This document shows, in pieces, positions 49,416 to 61,350 of a stretch of 64,000 nucleotides of DNA. The notes beneath the pieces were generated by a model that was not told the origin of the DNA, searched no databases, and saw only the letters and a list, made by a program, of their open reading frames with translations. The position numbers were made by a program, and so were the translations under genes. The number at the start of each line of letters is the position of its first letter. The stretch's first letter is position 1. This DNA comes from Chiloscyllium plagiosum. Taxonomy: Eukaryota. The stretch covers positions 16,584,192 through 16,648,191 of the forward strand of contig NC_057718.1 of NCBI RefSeq assembly GCF_004010195.1. The letters run 5' to 3'.

Positions 49416-51908
49416 CATGTAAAAAGTGTTATGTCTGGTTTACCTCTATTATACCAAAGAAAGCCAGCTGTTTTCTGTTTTTTTTTCCAACTTTGATAAC
49501 TAATCAAGCTAATCTCTACCTCGAAGAAAAGGGCCAATGCACGGAAACACCACCATCTTCAAATTCCCGTCCAAGCAACACACCATCCTGACTTGGATTG
49601 ATATTGCTGCTCTTTCACCGTCATTGGATCAAAAATCTAGAATTCCCAACTAAACAGCACTGTGGTTGCATCTACACAAGCTGTACTGCATCATTTCAAG
49701 AAAGCGCTCAGCCATACCTTCTCGAAGGCAATCAGGAATAGGCAACAACTGGTGTTGGCAGAGATGCTTACATCCCAGGAACAAGTGTAAAAACAAATCT
49801 TCACTCCAAGTAGTTATCAATCTAGACAGATTGCCTAAGGGTGAACCTACAGAGACTATCTTTTGATAGGGAGTACTAGCAGTTGAGATGCTTGTAATAC
49901 ACAGGAGCGAAGTTTCACAATGTACTTTTGGCATTGATGATTTGACTATTCAATTTAAAGGCATTTGAAATTAGAAGTGAAATTTCATTCCTTGGAATGT
50001 AGTTTCAGTAACATTACTTCACTAGGAACAGTTATTTGTGTTTTATTTTACTCATATATTTCAAAGCCAGCTCAATAAACATATCAAAAAACCATTGTAT
50101 AGATTGTAGATAAAAAGATATGGTACTTTGAATATATGAATTCTGGAATTATATAAGTTGAGAGATAATGCACCTTCTATAACAAGTAATTAGAAATAAC
50201 AGATAAACCTGTGGATGTTACTATGTTGGAGCACATTCCTGAATATTCCGTAAAATCAAATGTGCATAATAACATGAGCAATTGTAAATGCTTGACCTAA
50301 ACAGCCAATTATAATAAGTGAACCTAAACATTGAATGTTGGCAACTACCCATCCATGGCTAGCATTACAGTTAAACAGAATGCTGCTTCCAGCTAATGTC
50401 CACGCACAAGTGCTTCCCAAAAGATAACCATCAAGAGTGAATCCTAGACTGATTTTTTTTCACCACTTTTCTAATCCATGTGGTGAACCCGAAATTGACC
50501 ACCACTTATACTTTCCAATCCTCTCCACTTCACATACCATGCTAATAGCAATTGTACCTGACATCTTCTGTTCTGTAACGCACATTGCATACTCAGCAAT
50601 GCATACAACAACTGAGCCAACAGGATGCTCTTGAAAATGTATTAAAGTTAGATTTCATTCAAATGCGATGTTAAAAAATGTCATTATAATGGAAGCTGCT
50701 TATCTCAAAAAAGCCTTACCATTTCTACTATTGCAACCTAAGTCCCTTCATAAAAATAAGGACGTTTAATTATCGTTATCACTAGATTTCAAAAGTCATT
50801 ATTTTATTTTGGTGTAGACACTTCCATTTTACTCAGAATAAATTCTTCCCTTTCTATTTTATGTCACCAAAAGTCCACAAGTTCAGAACTTCTTGCTTAT
50901 CAGTACAAAGAAAAAGAAAAACCAAAACCAGCATGATTGGAAGCTATCGATTTGGACTGCATATGAGATCACTGTTCGGAAAAGAAAATCACCAAATGAG
51001 TCTACTCTGACTCACAACTGAGCACTGATCAATTTTATCTCCATGTCCATACTCACAAGGCGGTGTACATTTTAAAAATATTTTTATTGGCGTTATCTTG
51101 ATTAACATGAAGCTGTACTTATTAAATTTTCCTTCGGTAGTTCAGCATAATTATAATGTGACATTATGAAATCCAAAGGAAGCATTACATTTTCAGTCAG
51201 TGCGCCAGCTTGTCAATACTATAGTTACCCTTCAGAGAAACATAATGAAAACAGCTTTATGCACAATGTGCAAATGATGACTAAAATAACATTTAGAGAT
51301 GGGAAAAATAAAGCTACAGGGATGCAGTTTGGCAGGTTACTGTACATTTTTAAAACTTGCATTTATTTTACTTAATGGAATTGATAAAGTAGGTAATGAC
51401 TAAAACCTAAAGAACAACTCCAATTCAGAAATCAATTCCAAGTCGTCAACCTGTTAAGAATAGTTATTCCAAATTTATGTGGCAATAGCAAGATGGTATT
51501 CAAACAGAGTTTCAAACATAAGCCCTGCAGCATTTCCCGCTGAGCTTCTGATGCGATTTTCCTTATGTAACATGTGTGCCTTAAAATCAAGCCAAGAGAA
51601 GCCCCTTGTTCTTCACTTTATGCTGGCAACACTCTGCTTTAAGTTTCTTAACACAGGTAAATAAACTCATAATCCAGATGGTGCAACAGATGTGAGAGCA
51701 GCACTGTGAAATCAACAGACAGTGGGCAATGGTTTTCATTTCCCTTTTAAACGCTAACTGATATGTAATTCGGGATCTCCGGTGAAGTTAGCATCTGCTC
51801 CCTTTGGCCAGCCAAAGGTTACAGGTGTTCCTGATGTCATTTCACAGTGAGGTGTGGGCCTGGCCTGCAAGAGAGGTGTCCTGGCTCTAATCTATGCCTA
51901 CCACCTAC

Positions 51909-52036
51909 CAGTTTTATCATGCTGGGCCTCCATTTGCTGTATCTTTTCTGTTAGCTCTTGCTCACGTTGTTGGGATTGAAAGACCAGGGCCTTGACATCA
52001 TCACTGTGACTGCGGAGTAAACTGTCCTTTTCCATC
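51909..52036 (-). CDS. SDCCAG8: SDCCAG8 internal coding exon (128 bp; probably equivalent to human exon 14)
   Basis: Minus strand reads cctctttcAG|G ATG GAA AAG...GAT AAA ACT G|GTaggtgg. Translation (R)MEKDSLLRSHSDDVKALVFQSQQREQELTEKIQQMEAQHDKT matches the SDCCAG8 C-terminal coiled coil as I recall it (human RQEKDSIQQSFSKEAKAQALQAQQREQELTQKIQQMEAQHDKT). Canonical splice sites; phase 2 in, phase 1 out. Confidence 0.95.
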
Positions 52037-52437
52037 CTGAAAGAGGCAACAAGGTCAAAAATATAGGGCAGCAAGAAAACTGTTTTTAAACAGTAACACC
52101 TTCAAATTGTAAAAATAATGTATTTTTGCAATAATCACTGCTTAAATATTATCTACATTTAAATCTGTAAAAACAATTGTGTGATTATAAACACTAAGCA
52201 ATGAATTTAATTTATTTCAAAAAGAAGACAGCATGTTCTTACACAAGATGCTTGTATTTTGTGTTTAATTTAGGAATCGTGGTTGACACTTAATATAATC
52301 AGATAAGGTTTTTATGCAGAAGTTATTAAATGTTCCAGTTAAAATACAAATTGTGTTGGTTACTGAGGACAGCTGCAATAAACCATAGCCCTAAGGATTG
52401 TTTGTAGAAGAGATTAACAGAGTATTATTAAGTGTCA

Positions 52438-52775
52438 GGCATGGCTCAGCAGTAGCATTCTCGCCTCCAGCTCAAGAAAATTGTGAATTCAAACCTTACT
52501 TTAAAGAACATGTTCTAGGTTATGCTTCAGTGTATTACTAGTTATAAGTATAGTTATGTTTGCATTCTTTCAGATGAGATCTTAAACGGAGGCCTTCTCT
52601 GGCCTCTCAGATAGATATGAAAGATCCCATGAAACTTTTCAAGGAAGAGCACAGGAGTTCTCCCCAGTGGCTTTACCAATATTTATTTTTCAATGATCAT
52701 CACTTAAACAAATTAAATGGTCTTTATTACCTCCTATGGAATCTTGCTGCCCATAAGTCTGGCTGCCATGTTTGA
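52438..52775 (+). mobile_element. Deu-domain SINE (SacSINE1-like), old
   Basis: tggctcagcagtagcattctcgcctc head; tttcagatgagatcttaaacggaggcc...aaagatcccatg...gaagagcacaggagttctccccagtg core. Confidence 0.8.
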
Positions 52776-53809
52776 GGTCATTATATAACCCAAACGAAAG
52801 TTTGACTTCTTATTGTTAATTTTTTATCCGTCTAGACTTCTGTGAGCATTAATTCCCCAACTAAGATAGGCTACCGGAAGAATTAATTCTCCACTATTTC
52901 TCATTCCTGCAGAATTAGTGTCTTTATTCTGCTTGATAGGAATAAATTTAAATATCCAGTGCATGTAATCCTTTACTCAATTTTTCAAACTACAGTACCA
53001 GGTTCTATAAAATCAGTTTGCTTTTTATTGTTTTATTTTTGCTTTGTTCACTTATTAGTTTTAAAGTGACCATTGTTACATAGTAAGTTGTTTTTGACAA
53101 AGGTTTGCTGCAGCGCTAACATTAACGTCCTCATAGTTACACAATCTGAATGCAGATTTTCAGTACCAAGAGAAGTAACTTGAGTCAGGAGATTTACCAA
53201 CTTGCCAGAACTTTCTCCAATAAAAAGAATGCCGTATCATGTGATTTTTGCTGCAGGAAGGTTAGCCATGTGGGTAGCTGAGGTGGACTGATCAGAAAGA
53301 TGTTAATTCTCTGGGTATCTGTTTTAATTTATTTCAGGTACAGTTTGGCCTTCTGGCTCTAACCCCATTTTAGCACCCTAACCACCTTCATACTTTCTCA
53401 TGCCCTCCTCTTGCCAACTCAATGCAATGTCATGACTGTTTCCCACCTCTATATTCCCTCAAATTCCTCATTATCCTAAATTATGTCTCCCACCTTTCCT
53501 CTCCCCTCATACTCTCCATGCCAACTCATACCCCTGATTCGTCCTATGACCCTCATACCTTCTTTATTAATTCAATGTCAAATCATGTGCTCCGCATTCT
53601 CCAAACATCCCAGACCTTAGTCATCATTCAGTATTCATCAAGGGCAGATCTTAAGAGTCATTTGGAGACAAGAAAAAAAAAATCTAACAATTTAGTATTG
53701 ATCACACTCTACAATTAAAGCTTTAAGATTGGTTTGTTTTAATGATAAAATAAAACCTCTATTCAGACCCCAGATCAAATACAGCTAATCTTCTCATCAT
53801 GTCTTTAAA

Positions 53810-54001
53810 GAGAAAATGAGGTCTGCAGATGCTGGAGATCAGAGATGGAAATGTGTTGCTGGAGAAGCGCAGCAGGTCAGGCAGCATCTAGGGAACAGGA
53901 GAAGGGCTGAAGAAGAAGGGCTAATGCCCGAAACGTCGATTCTCCTGTTCCCTAGATGCTGCCTGACCTGCTGCGCTTCTCCAGCAACACATTTCCATCT
54001 C
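53810..54001. mobile_element. TSD-flanked PLE-derived fold-back mini-element with a perfect 62 bp inverted repeat
   Basis: Arms 53842-53903 and 53940-54001 are exact reverse complements around a 36 nt loop. tctcatcatgtctttaaa is duplicated at 53792-53809 and 53998-54015. Confidence 0.92.
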
Positions 54002-57000
54002 ATCATGTCTTTAAACTGTTAATCAAACTATGAACTCACAACCATCTGTTGAGGTAATTGTAGCTTGTAAAACTTCTTTTTAAGTTTAAATTTGTTTAAA
54101 TTCTCAGTGAAAGCTGCAGCATGTTTTTGTTTCAAGAGCAGAGGATTTACAAACTTTCAGTTCATGAGAGATATCCAGACTATTTCCACTCGAAAGAACT
54201 CCACAATAGCCAAAGTGTGATCTCTTTGAACTAAGCCCCACTTAGGTTAGGTTTCTGTCCTGTGAGAATCACACCCTGATGCCACCCCCCCCCCCCACTA
54301 GAAAAGATGGATGGGTTAGACGTGGCAGTACATCTTTCTTATTGGGGGTCCTTCCTTTATAAAGGTCTGGTCAGCCTCCAGACTGCAAACATCCGTGAGT
54401 GTGATAGCATTTGCCATTGATTCCCAACAGCAAATCAAGATGGTTCTCTACATGGATTCTTTAAATGCCAAGGAAACTGACAGTTGAAGTGCATTACGTT
54501 GGCAACTAATTCTAAAAATTCAGCTTCTATCCAATGAACATCTTCCCTACAACCTCAAACTTTTTTATCTGAAAAATGTACATTGTGCTGATCTAGTTCA
54601 AAAGTATGCATTTTCAAAAGTATATATATATGTCTACAAAATGTTATATTAGATCTTGCATAGAAAGTCATCAGGCATGGCATGAATCTTAATTCTTACA
54701 CTTATATTAAATAAGTCTTTGAAAATGAGTGCAAAATAATATCCTATTCAGTGCATTATTCTATTCGATGCATTCACGAACAAATTGCAAACAGCAGTAA
54801 GCAGAATTTGCTGCAGCACTGAATAGTTCAAAGAGCCAATTTAAATAATTTTAGTTTTGTTAATTTGTCTGCATTTTGTGCATTGCACATAACACATTAA
54901 TCATCTGCTTCTTATGCACAAACAACATTAATCAAACTAAACACTACTATATGTTTCTGTTATACTAAGCACTCAAATCTCCTCCCCCACGGGTGGCTTT
55001 GATTGTTGTGTTATTTACCCTCCTCTGTGCATATATTTAACCATCTATCCCATAGCCTTTCCTTCTTTCCCTTCCTCTAACTAAACTGGCTCTGGCTCCC
55101 TCCATCTGGTTCCCCTTCCGTCAGCAGTCCCGCACCTGTTCACACCTCCTCTCCTGTTGGATTCCACTAAAGATTTCCTCCTCTGCCAGGGCTATTCTGG
55201 CACGCACAATCTTTTTGTCATTCAATCCATCTGTCAGAAGTGAACTTTGTTTACCAGAAGCTACTTCTTGCTTCTTGAAGTAGTACAGCTCCTCAAGGTC
55301 ACTGGAAAATGGTCTATCTATATTCCCCACTGGTAGTTAAATAGAACAAAGTGCTGTGGTAGCGCATATTTGTAAAATTAACTAAGTAACATTAATCTTT
55401 TGAAGCCTATATTTTAAGCAGATGGAAAAAGATAATTTCTTAGATTATCCTAAGCAAATATGTTCCTTATTTTAAAGAGGCTGCAGAATTTGATTTTGCT
55501 ATTTCTAAAATTACAGATGAATGCTGTGTACTAAATGCTCAAAGCATTGTAGTAGACCATCAGAAATAAATTTACCTTGCAATACAATATGTCAACAATG
55601 CATAATAACTTTACCACGTACTAATTGTATCTTATTCAGAGCTGTCACTTACAAAGAATGGCTTTAGGCAACCATTAAACCATCTGACAGATAAAGACTT
55701 TACAGACTAGCAATGAGAAGAAACATAAAGGTTGCTCTGTGTTGAACATCTGCAGTATAAGCTTGATGTGCAATTTGCACAGAAGATACCCCATGGCTCT
55801 TGGCATGATCTGAAATTCATATGAGTTATCATTACTACCGAGCACAGGAGTGAACTCGTTATGAGTGTAGTATGGTAGTCTGGTTTATCACATTTACTCA
55901 TTCCATTTAGATCATGTTATACTTTATTTCATTTCTCAGGACTGATAATTTCAAGTTCACTTGAATTTTGTCAAATCTGAAGAAAATTTGCTTGCAAGGC
56001 AAATTAGTTGATTGAGGTTATTGAAATAAAACAATAGCGGTAGTGCATAGACTCCTTCAATGCTTTAAAGTTGATATATGTCTGCTTTGAAAATTAGTCT
56101 GATAACCTGTAGTGGAATGTGGAGCTCCAGTGGGAGTAAGAAGCTATCGTAAATACTAGATTTGTGTTTTATAAAGAGTAATAGTGTTAATAGTGTTGTG
56201 GAATATTTTCTAGTGTGGTCAGCGCATGAATTGTCATAAACAGTTCTCAGGTCAGTTTATGCTTAGCACTGAATACTCCAAGTTAGGCGTAGCATGATAA
56301 GATGAGTAGTAAAGGTCCCTCACTTTGATTCAACAATATTCCTGAGCATCTCAGGCTGTACCAATGTGATTTCTTCCCCCATTTTCTAGATAAAGCCTCT
56401 CTCAGTAACACTGTAAATTGACAGTGTGTTACTTTACACAATAGATTGACATACATTGTTAAAGGTTAAGTCAGCTCAGTTTAATTTCACAGAGTAGATA
56501 CTATCATGAGAGAAGCAAGAACAACATCTTAGTGGTTGAGATTTGATTCAAACCTAGGCTTTGGAGGTGAAAGAATGAGAAGATAACCCACTGCAACACC
56601 CCCAGTGGAATGGTTTGCAATTATTCTTTACGTGTAAAGTAATTACTATTGTTCTGAAGCTACTATGGGAAGAATAGATGTGACAGGAGGTAGATGCAGA
56701 TTATTTTGTTGGATTCACTTTGATGAGCTGGATCAGTTTGCGAGTTATCATGAAGCAGTTTTCTTCAGCATCTTTTTGGTATAATTTTACAAATAAGGTT
56801 CACAATTGTTGGTGGTGGTTATAGAAGTATGATGGTTTCCTGTCTTAGATTGATCTGACAGATCAATTACAATTTCACATTTGATCAATTAATTGGAGAA
56901 TTTAGAGAGCAACTCAATGCTTGACAATGATCCAGTAAATACAAATACAAAAATAATGTACAATAAGAATACACATTTATCTTGTTCTAGTAAAAACAGC

Positions 57001-59599
57001 ATCAATCATAGTATTTAATTTGATCCAAGATCAGGTTTCACTAATTATTTTATTAAATAAATTACAGCATTTAATTTCCTCTTTTTATTTTATTTTTAAA
57101 GAATATTCTGTAAAATAGTAGAACTATTTTGGAGAATGATTTTTAAAAATTCTTTCTTTTTGTGCTTTATACTTAATAAGATTGGTTAATGCATGCTTAA
57201 TATGTCCAAAATTAATTTTGCCTTCAGAATAAGGAATCAAATTCTTCATTAACTCACACAGCAATAAACAATATCTTTCCACACCCTTCCCATGAGCACT
57301 GCAACCACCCCAAACAGACACACACACACTTAACAGCACCTTCCCTAGCTTATTTACAGCAAAAATAGGTCAAAGATCCACACATTTTGTTTCCTTCCTC
57401 CTTTTTCATTTTTATATTTTAAATACTTGGAAAACAATCCCATCTTTGGATAATTAATTAAAAATAAAAAGAATTTTGCCATAGAAACATGTTGCTACAA
57501 ATGTGTGAATACTCAAAGGGCTAGCTCTGTAATTAACTGTTAGTGGTGATTTTAAGTTTCATGTGGGAGTAACTGAACAGTGGGTCATAGATGCTGAGGC
57601 GTTTTCTGTGTGTAGCTTAGACTGAAAGTAAAGATCAGTAAAGACAATGCAAAGGTCTCACCCAAGGCCACTAAGCGCACCACTGTAAACATCACAGCAC
57701 TTTGCAGTCGCTCAGCAGATCCCATCTCTGTGGTCAGTCCTCCCAGCTGCCCTATCTGTTACTGTCTGATTAGTTCTGCTAAGCAGCCCCTCCCCTGCCA
57801 TCTTTGCCTGCCATCTGTTATAGACAACATGGCTATTGCCCAGCAATGCATACTGCCCTCCTACCTGGCATCCAGCTACTTGCCTTACCCTAAAGAGCTA
57901 ACACAGGTTCTAGCTGCTGGCACAATCAGGATTTCATTACTACTACTTTGACAAGTGCAGTGTTGTTTGTAATTTCTCTTTTATCCCTGTTCTGATTGTA
58001 CAACCACCTCCCACTGACTATGTTTGCTGCAGTTTTGTTGCACACAGATTTTACTCTCCACATTAATCTCCCTCTGGCATATTGCTGCATCTGTTCATTT
58101 TTTTTATTAATTTTCAAATTCCCACCCTTTTTCTAGCAAAGGAGATACACTTCATTCTGTTTGTGTTCAGATGATTACAATTCAGAAATAACTCTCTTCC
58201 ACTAAATTAAATAAAAAAAGTTGTCAATCTTCTGAATGAAATGACTAGCTTTTTAAAAGGAATTGTCTTCTACTAGATTTGCACACTTCGCAGTCAAACA
58301 TGCATTAATCCATTGTGTATATTTGAATCAAAGAAATGTTCTGTTAGTTCAGTTAAAAAGTGTGACAATAATGCTAGCATATCTTTGTTTTAGGCCCACA
58401 GGATGTCTTTATGCCTTTTAATTATTTATTTAAATAAAATACAGCAAATATATAATTAAAAATTGAAATTGAAAATTGTTACTTGATGATTCACAACATT
58501 AATCTACACCCTGATAAATTAACAAAGTAACATAAAATTATAGGGTGGAAATATTATCCACAACGCAAATTTTCAAAATTGAGCATTATTTGGATTTATG
58601 AGGTACTCCAAATTATACAATTTTCTAAATTTATTATCCTTTATAGAACATACCTGCTATTTGATTGAACATGGACAGTGAGTTTTAACACAGACATGTC
58701 AATTTTGTAAGTACTGTTACATTTTGTATTGTTAACTCTATAAATATTCCTAAAAATAGCAGAGAACTCTAACTATATTTAATTTCCTCATATGTAACTT
58801 ACAATCTGTGAACAAAATGGCAGGGGAACTCCATTTTAAGATTTAAAATTTCAATATATTTTAGGCAATACAAAGAAAAATTTCATCACAAAGTATTAGC
58901 AATAATGATCACACAAGGTGCGCAAATACCTAAGGAACAATAAAAATGTGTTAGATAACTCATCTGCATGTTGCTGAGTAGCAATTTTGCAGAGGGTTTT
59001 TTGGCCTCATAGTGCCCTGCAAATGTTCTGAATTTTACAAAGAAGGAACAACAGGATCTGGTCTGAAGAAAGACTCACAAGAGCACATTTAGTAGTTTAC
59101 ATTTGTCACAAGTTATATTCACTCAGTATTCACTCATCAGAGGCCCTAATGGAAGGTGTACAAAAGCTCCAACACTGAGAAATCACCATAAGATAGCAAG
59201 ACAGATATACAGATAATGCATCTTCATTATCCTCTTTCATTTTGATGTTGACTTTTGGTACAGTGACTTATCTACTCCCCTAGTTGAAGTGGGGCACTAG
59301 ATAATTCAGTTGATAGCCTTAATTAATCTGGTTGAAATGTTCTGCCAGCAGTGTATACACTAACTGAACTCAATAAGTGCCTGAAATTATATGATATTGC
59401 ATCAGCAAGACATTTCCTGGTCCTGCAACATTCAATGATTATAATGAAGACCTGGTTATTCAGGCTGTTGTAATTTAAATAAAGTAACCTTATGTTCAAA
59501 TCACAATCTAGCTAAACCACACAGCAATGTTTGGGTGGGACCATTTGGCCCATCTCATCTGGGCTGGCTCTTTGTAGGAATAATTCAAAACTAACAAGT

Positions 59600-60150
59600 A
59601 AAATACATAGCTGATGTATTGTGTACAGTTCCTGCAGCACATTATAGGAAGGATGTGAATGTATTGGAGAGAGAGTAGAAGCAATTCACAAGAGTAATTC
59701 CAGGGATGAGAAACTTCAATTATGAGGATAGACTGAAGAAGTTGGTACTATTCTCATTGCAGAGGACAGTGTTACAAGGAGATCTGATAAAGGTTTTCAA
59801 AATTATGAGCAAACTGAATATAGTAGACAGGAAGAAATCATTCCCATTTGTAAAAGGAATAAGAATGGCAGGGTGTTTAAAGGGATTTACAAAAGAAGGA
59901 GTGATTAAAGAAAAAGCTTTTTCACTACCAAGTAGTTAGGCTATGGAATGCACAGTCTGTAAGTGTACTAGAGGTAGGTTCAATTTAGGCATTCAAGAGG
60001 GCATTGGACAATTATTTGGACAAAAATAATGTACAATAATGGGGAAAAGCAGGAGATTAGCATTCAGTAATGATGCTTATTTGAACAGACGTGTAGGCAT
60101 GATGGGCTGAATGGCTTCCGTCTGCACAGTAAAGGGGGGGTTGATTCTAT
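59600..60150 (+). mobile_element. Old CR1 3' fragment
   Basis: MRNFNYEDRLKKLVLFSLQR...GDLIKVFKIM; tail gggctgaatggcttccgtctgcacagtaa. Confidence 0.85.
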
Positions 60151-60864
60151 GATTTTAATCCCACTGTGCTGTTCTCTCCTCTATGGTGTGGGAGCAAGCA
60201 GCTCAATACAATTTAAAGACAAGTTTAGTTAGTAAAACATTGATTCGATGATTTGACAGAAGAGAAATGCTAGCAAGGATATAGTAGAAAAGGTAAAGTG
60301 AAAGTATATATACAATGGATGTAATTTTTCCTTCCTTGGATATGGCAAAAGGGCTAGTGAGAAAGTGAAATAATTGGGTGGGTTAGCCTTGGAGAGGAAA
60401 TTGGCTCTTCACATCACTTCTGTAATTAAATGCTGGGTGAGAGGATCCATGGATAACTTTGTCTACTTGACAGTAATTAAAGCACTTAAGTGGTCAATTA
60501 ATGATCACTCAAGGGTTCAACTCACCAAATGGTAGCTGGGCTAGAAAGGCAGCTAGTTTCTCGTTTGGGGAACTGTCTGCCCAAGTTGGGAGAAGGGCTT
60601 TCAATTCACCCAATCTGGGGCAATTAGAGGCATAGAAGGTGGGCAAAGGGGAGGCCTGTGAAAGTAGCCCTCTTGCTCTTGCCAATGACACTCCCACCTC
60701 TGCCTATAACAAGGAAGAAGAGATTTACCATTTCACCATTAGATCACCAACAGACTGCTCCTCAACAGACAGCCTTAGATACCAGAAATTGCTGGCCTCT
60801 TATTGGAGAGAAGCTTCCATGAACCTGCATACCAGTGTCAAGGCCTGTGATAGAGTGAGAAACT

Positions 60865-61350
60865 TAGACCACAAGACCATAAACTGTACGAGCAAACATA
60901 GGGTTGGGAGTGTGTTGCTGGAAAAGCACAGCAGGTCAGGCAGCATCCGAGGAGCAGGAAAATTGACATTTCCGGCTGGAGCCCTTCATCAGTACGAGCA
61001 GAAATAGGCCATTCAACCCATTGAGACAGTTCCACCATTCAATGAGATCATAGTTAAGCTAATAATTCCCAACTCCACTTTCCTGCCTTACATCTATAAC
61101 GCTTGATTCCCTTGTTGATTAAAAATCTGTCAATCTCAACTTACTGATCAAGCCTCAGTGGTAAAGAATTCCATAAATTCAAAACCTCAGAGAAGAAATT
61201 CTCCTCATTTCTGTCTTAAATGGTAGACACTGACTCTGTCCCTCTGGTATGAGATTCACCCACAAGGAAAAAAAAACCTCTCTGCTTCTACCCTGTCGAA
61301 CCCCTAAGAATCTCATGCATTTCATTCAACAAGATCTCCTCTCAGGTTTG
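60865..61350 (-). mobile_element. CR1 3' fragment carrying an ~89 bp PLE insert (60903-60991)
   Basis: CR1 tail gaccacaagaccataa...gagcagaaataggccattcaaccc. The insert is flanked by gtacgagcaaacatagg / gtacgagcagaaatagg (15/17 identical). Confidence 0.8.
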
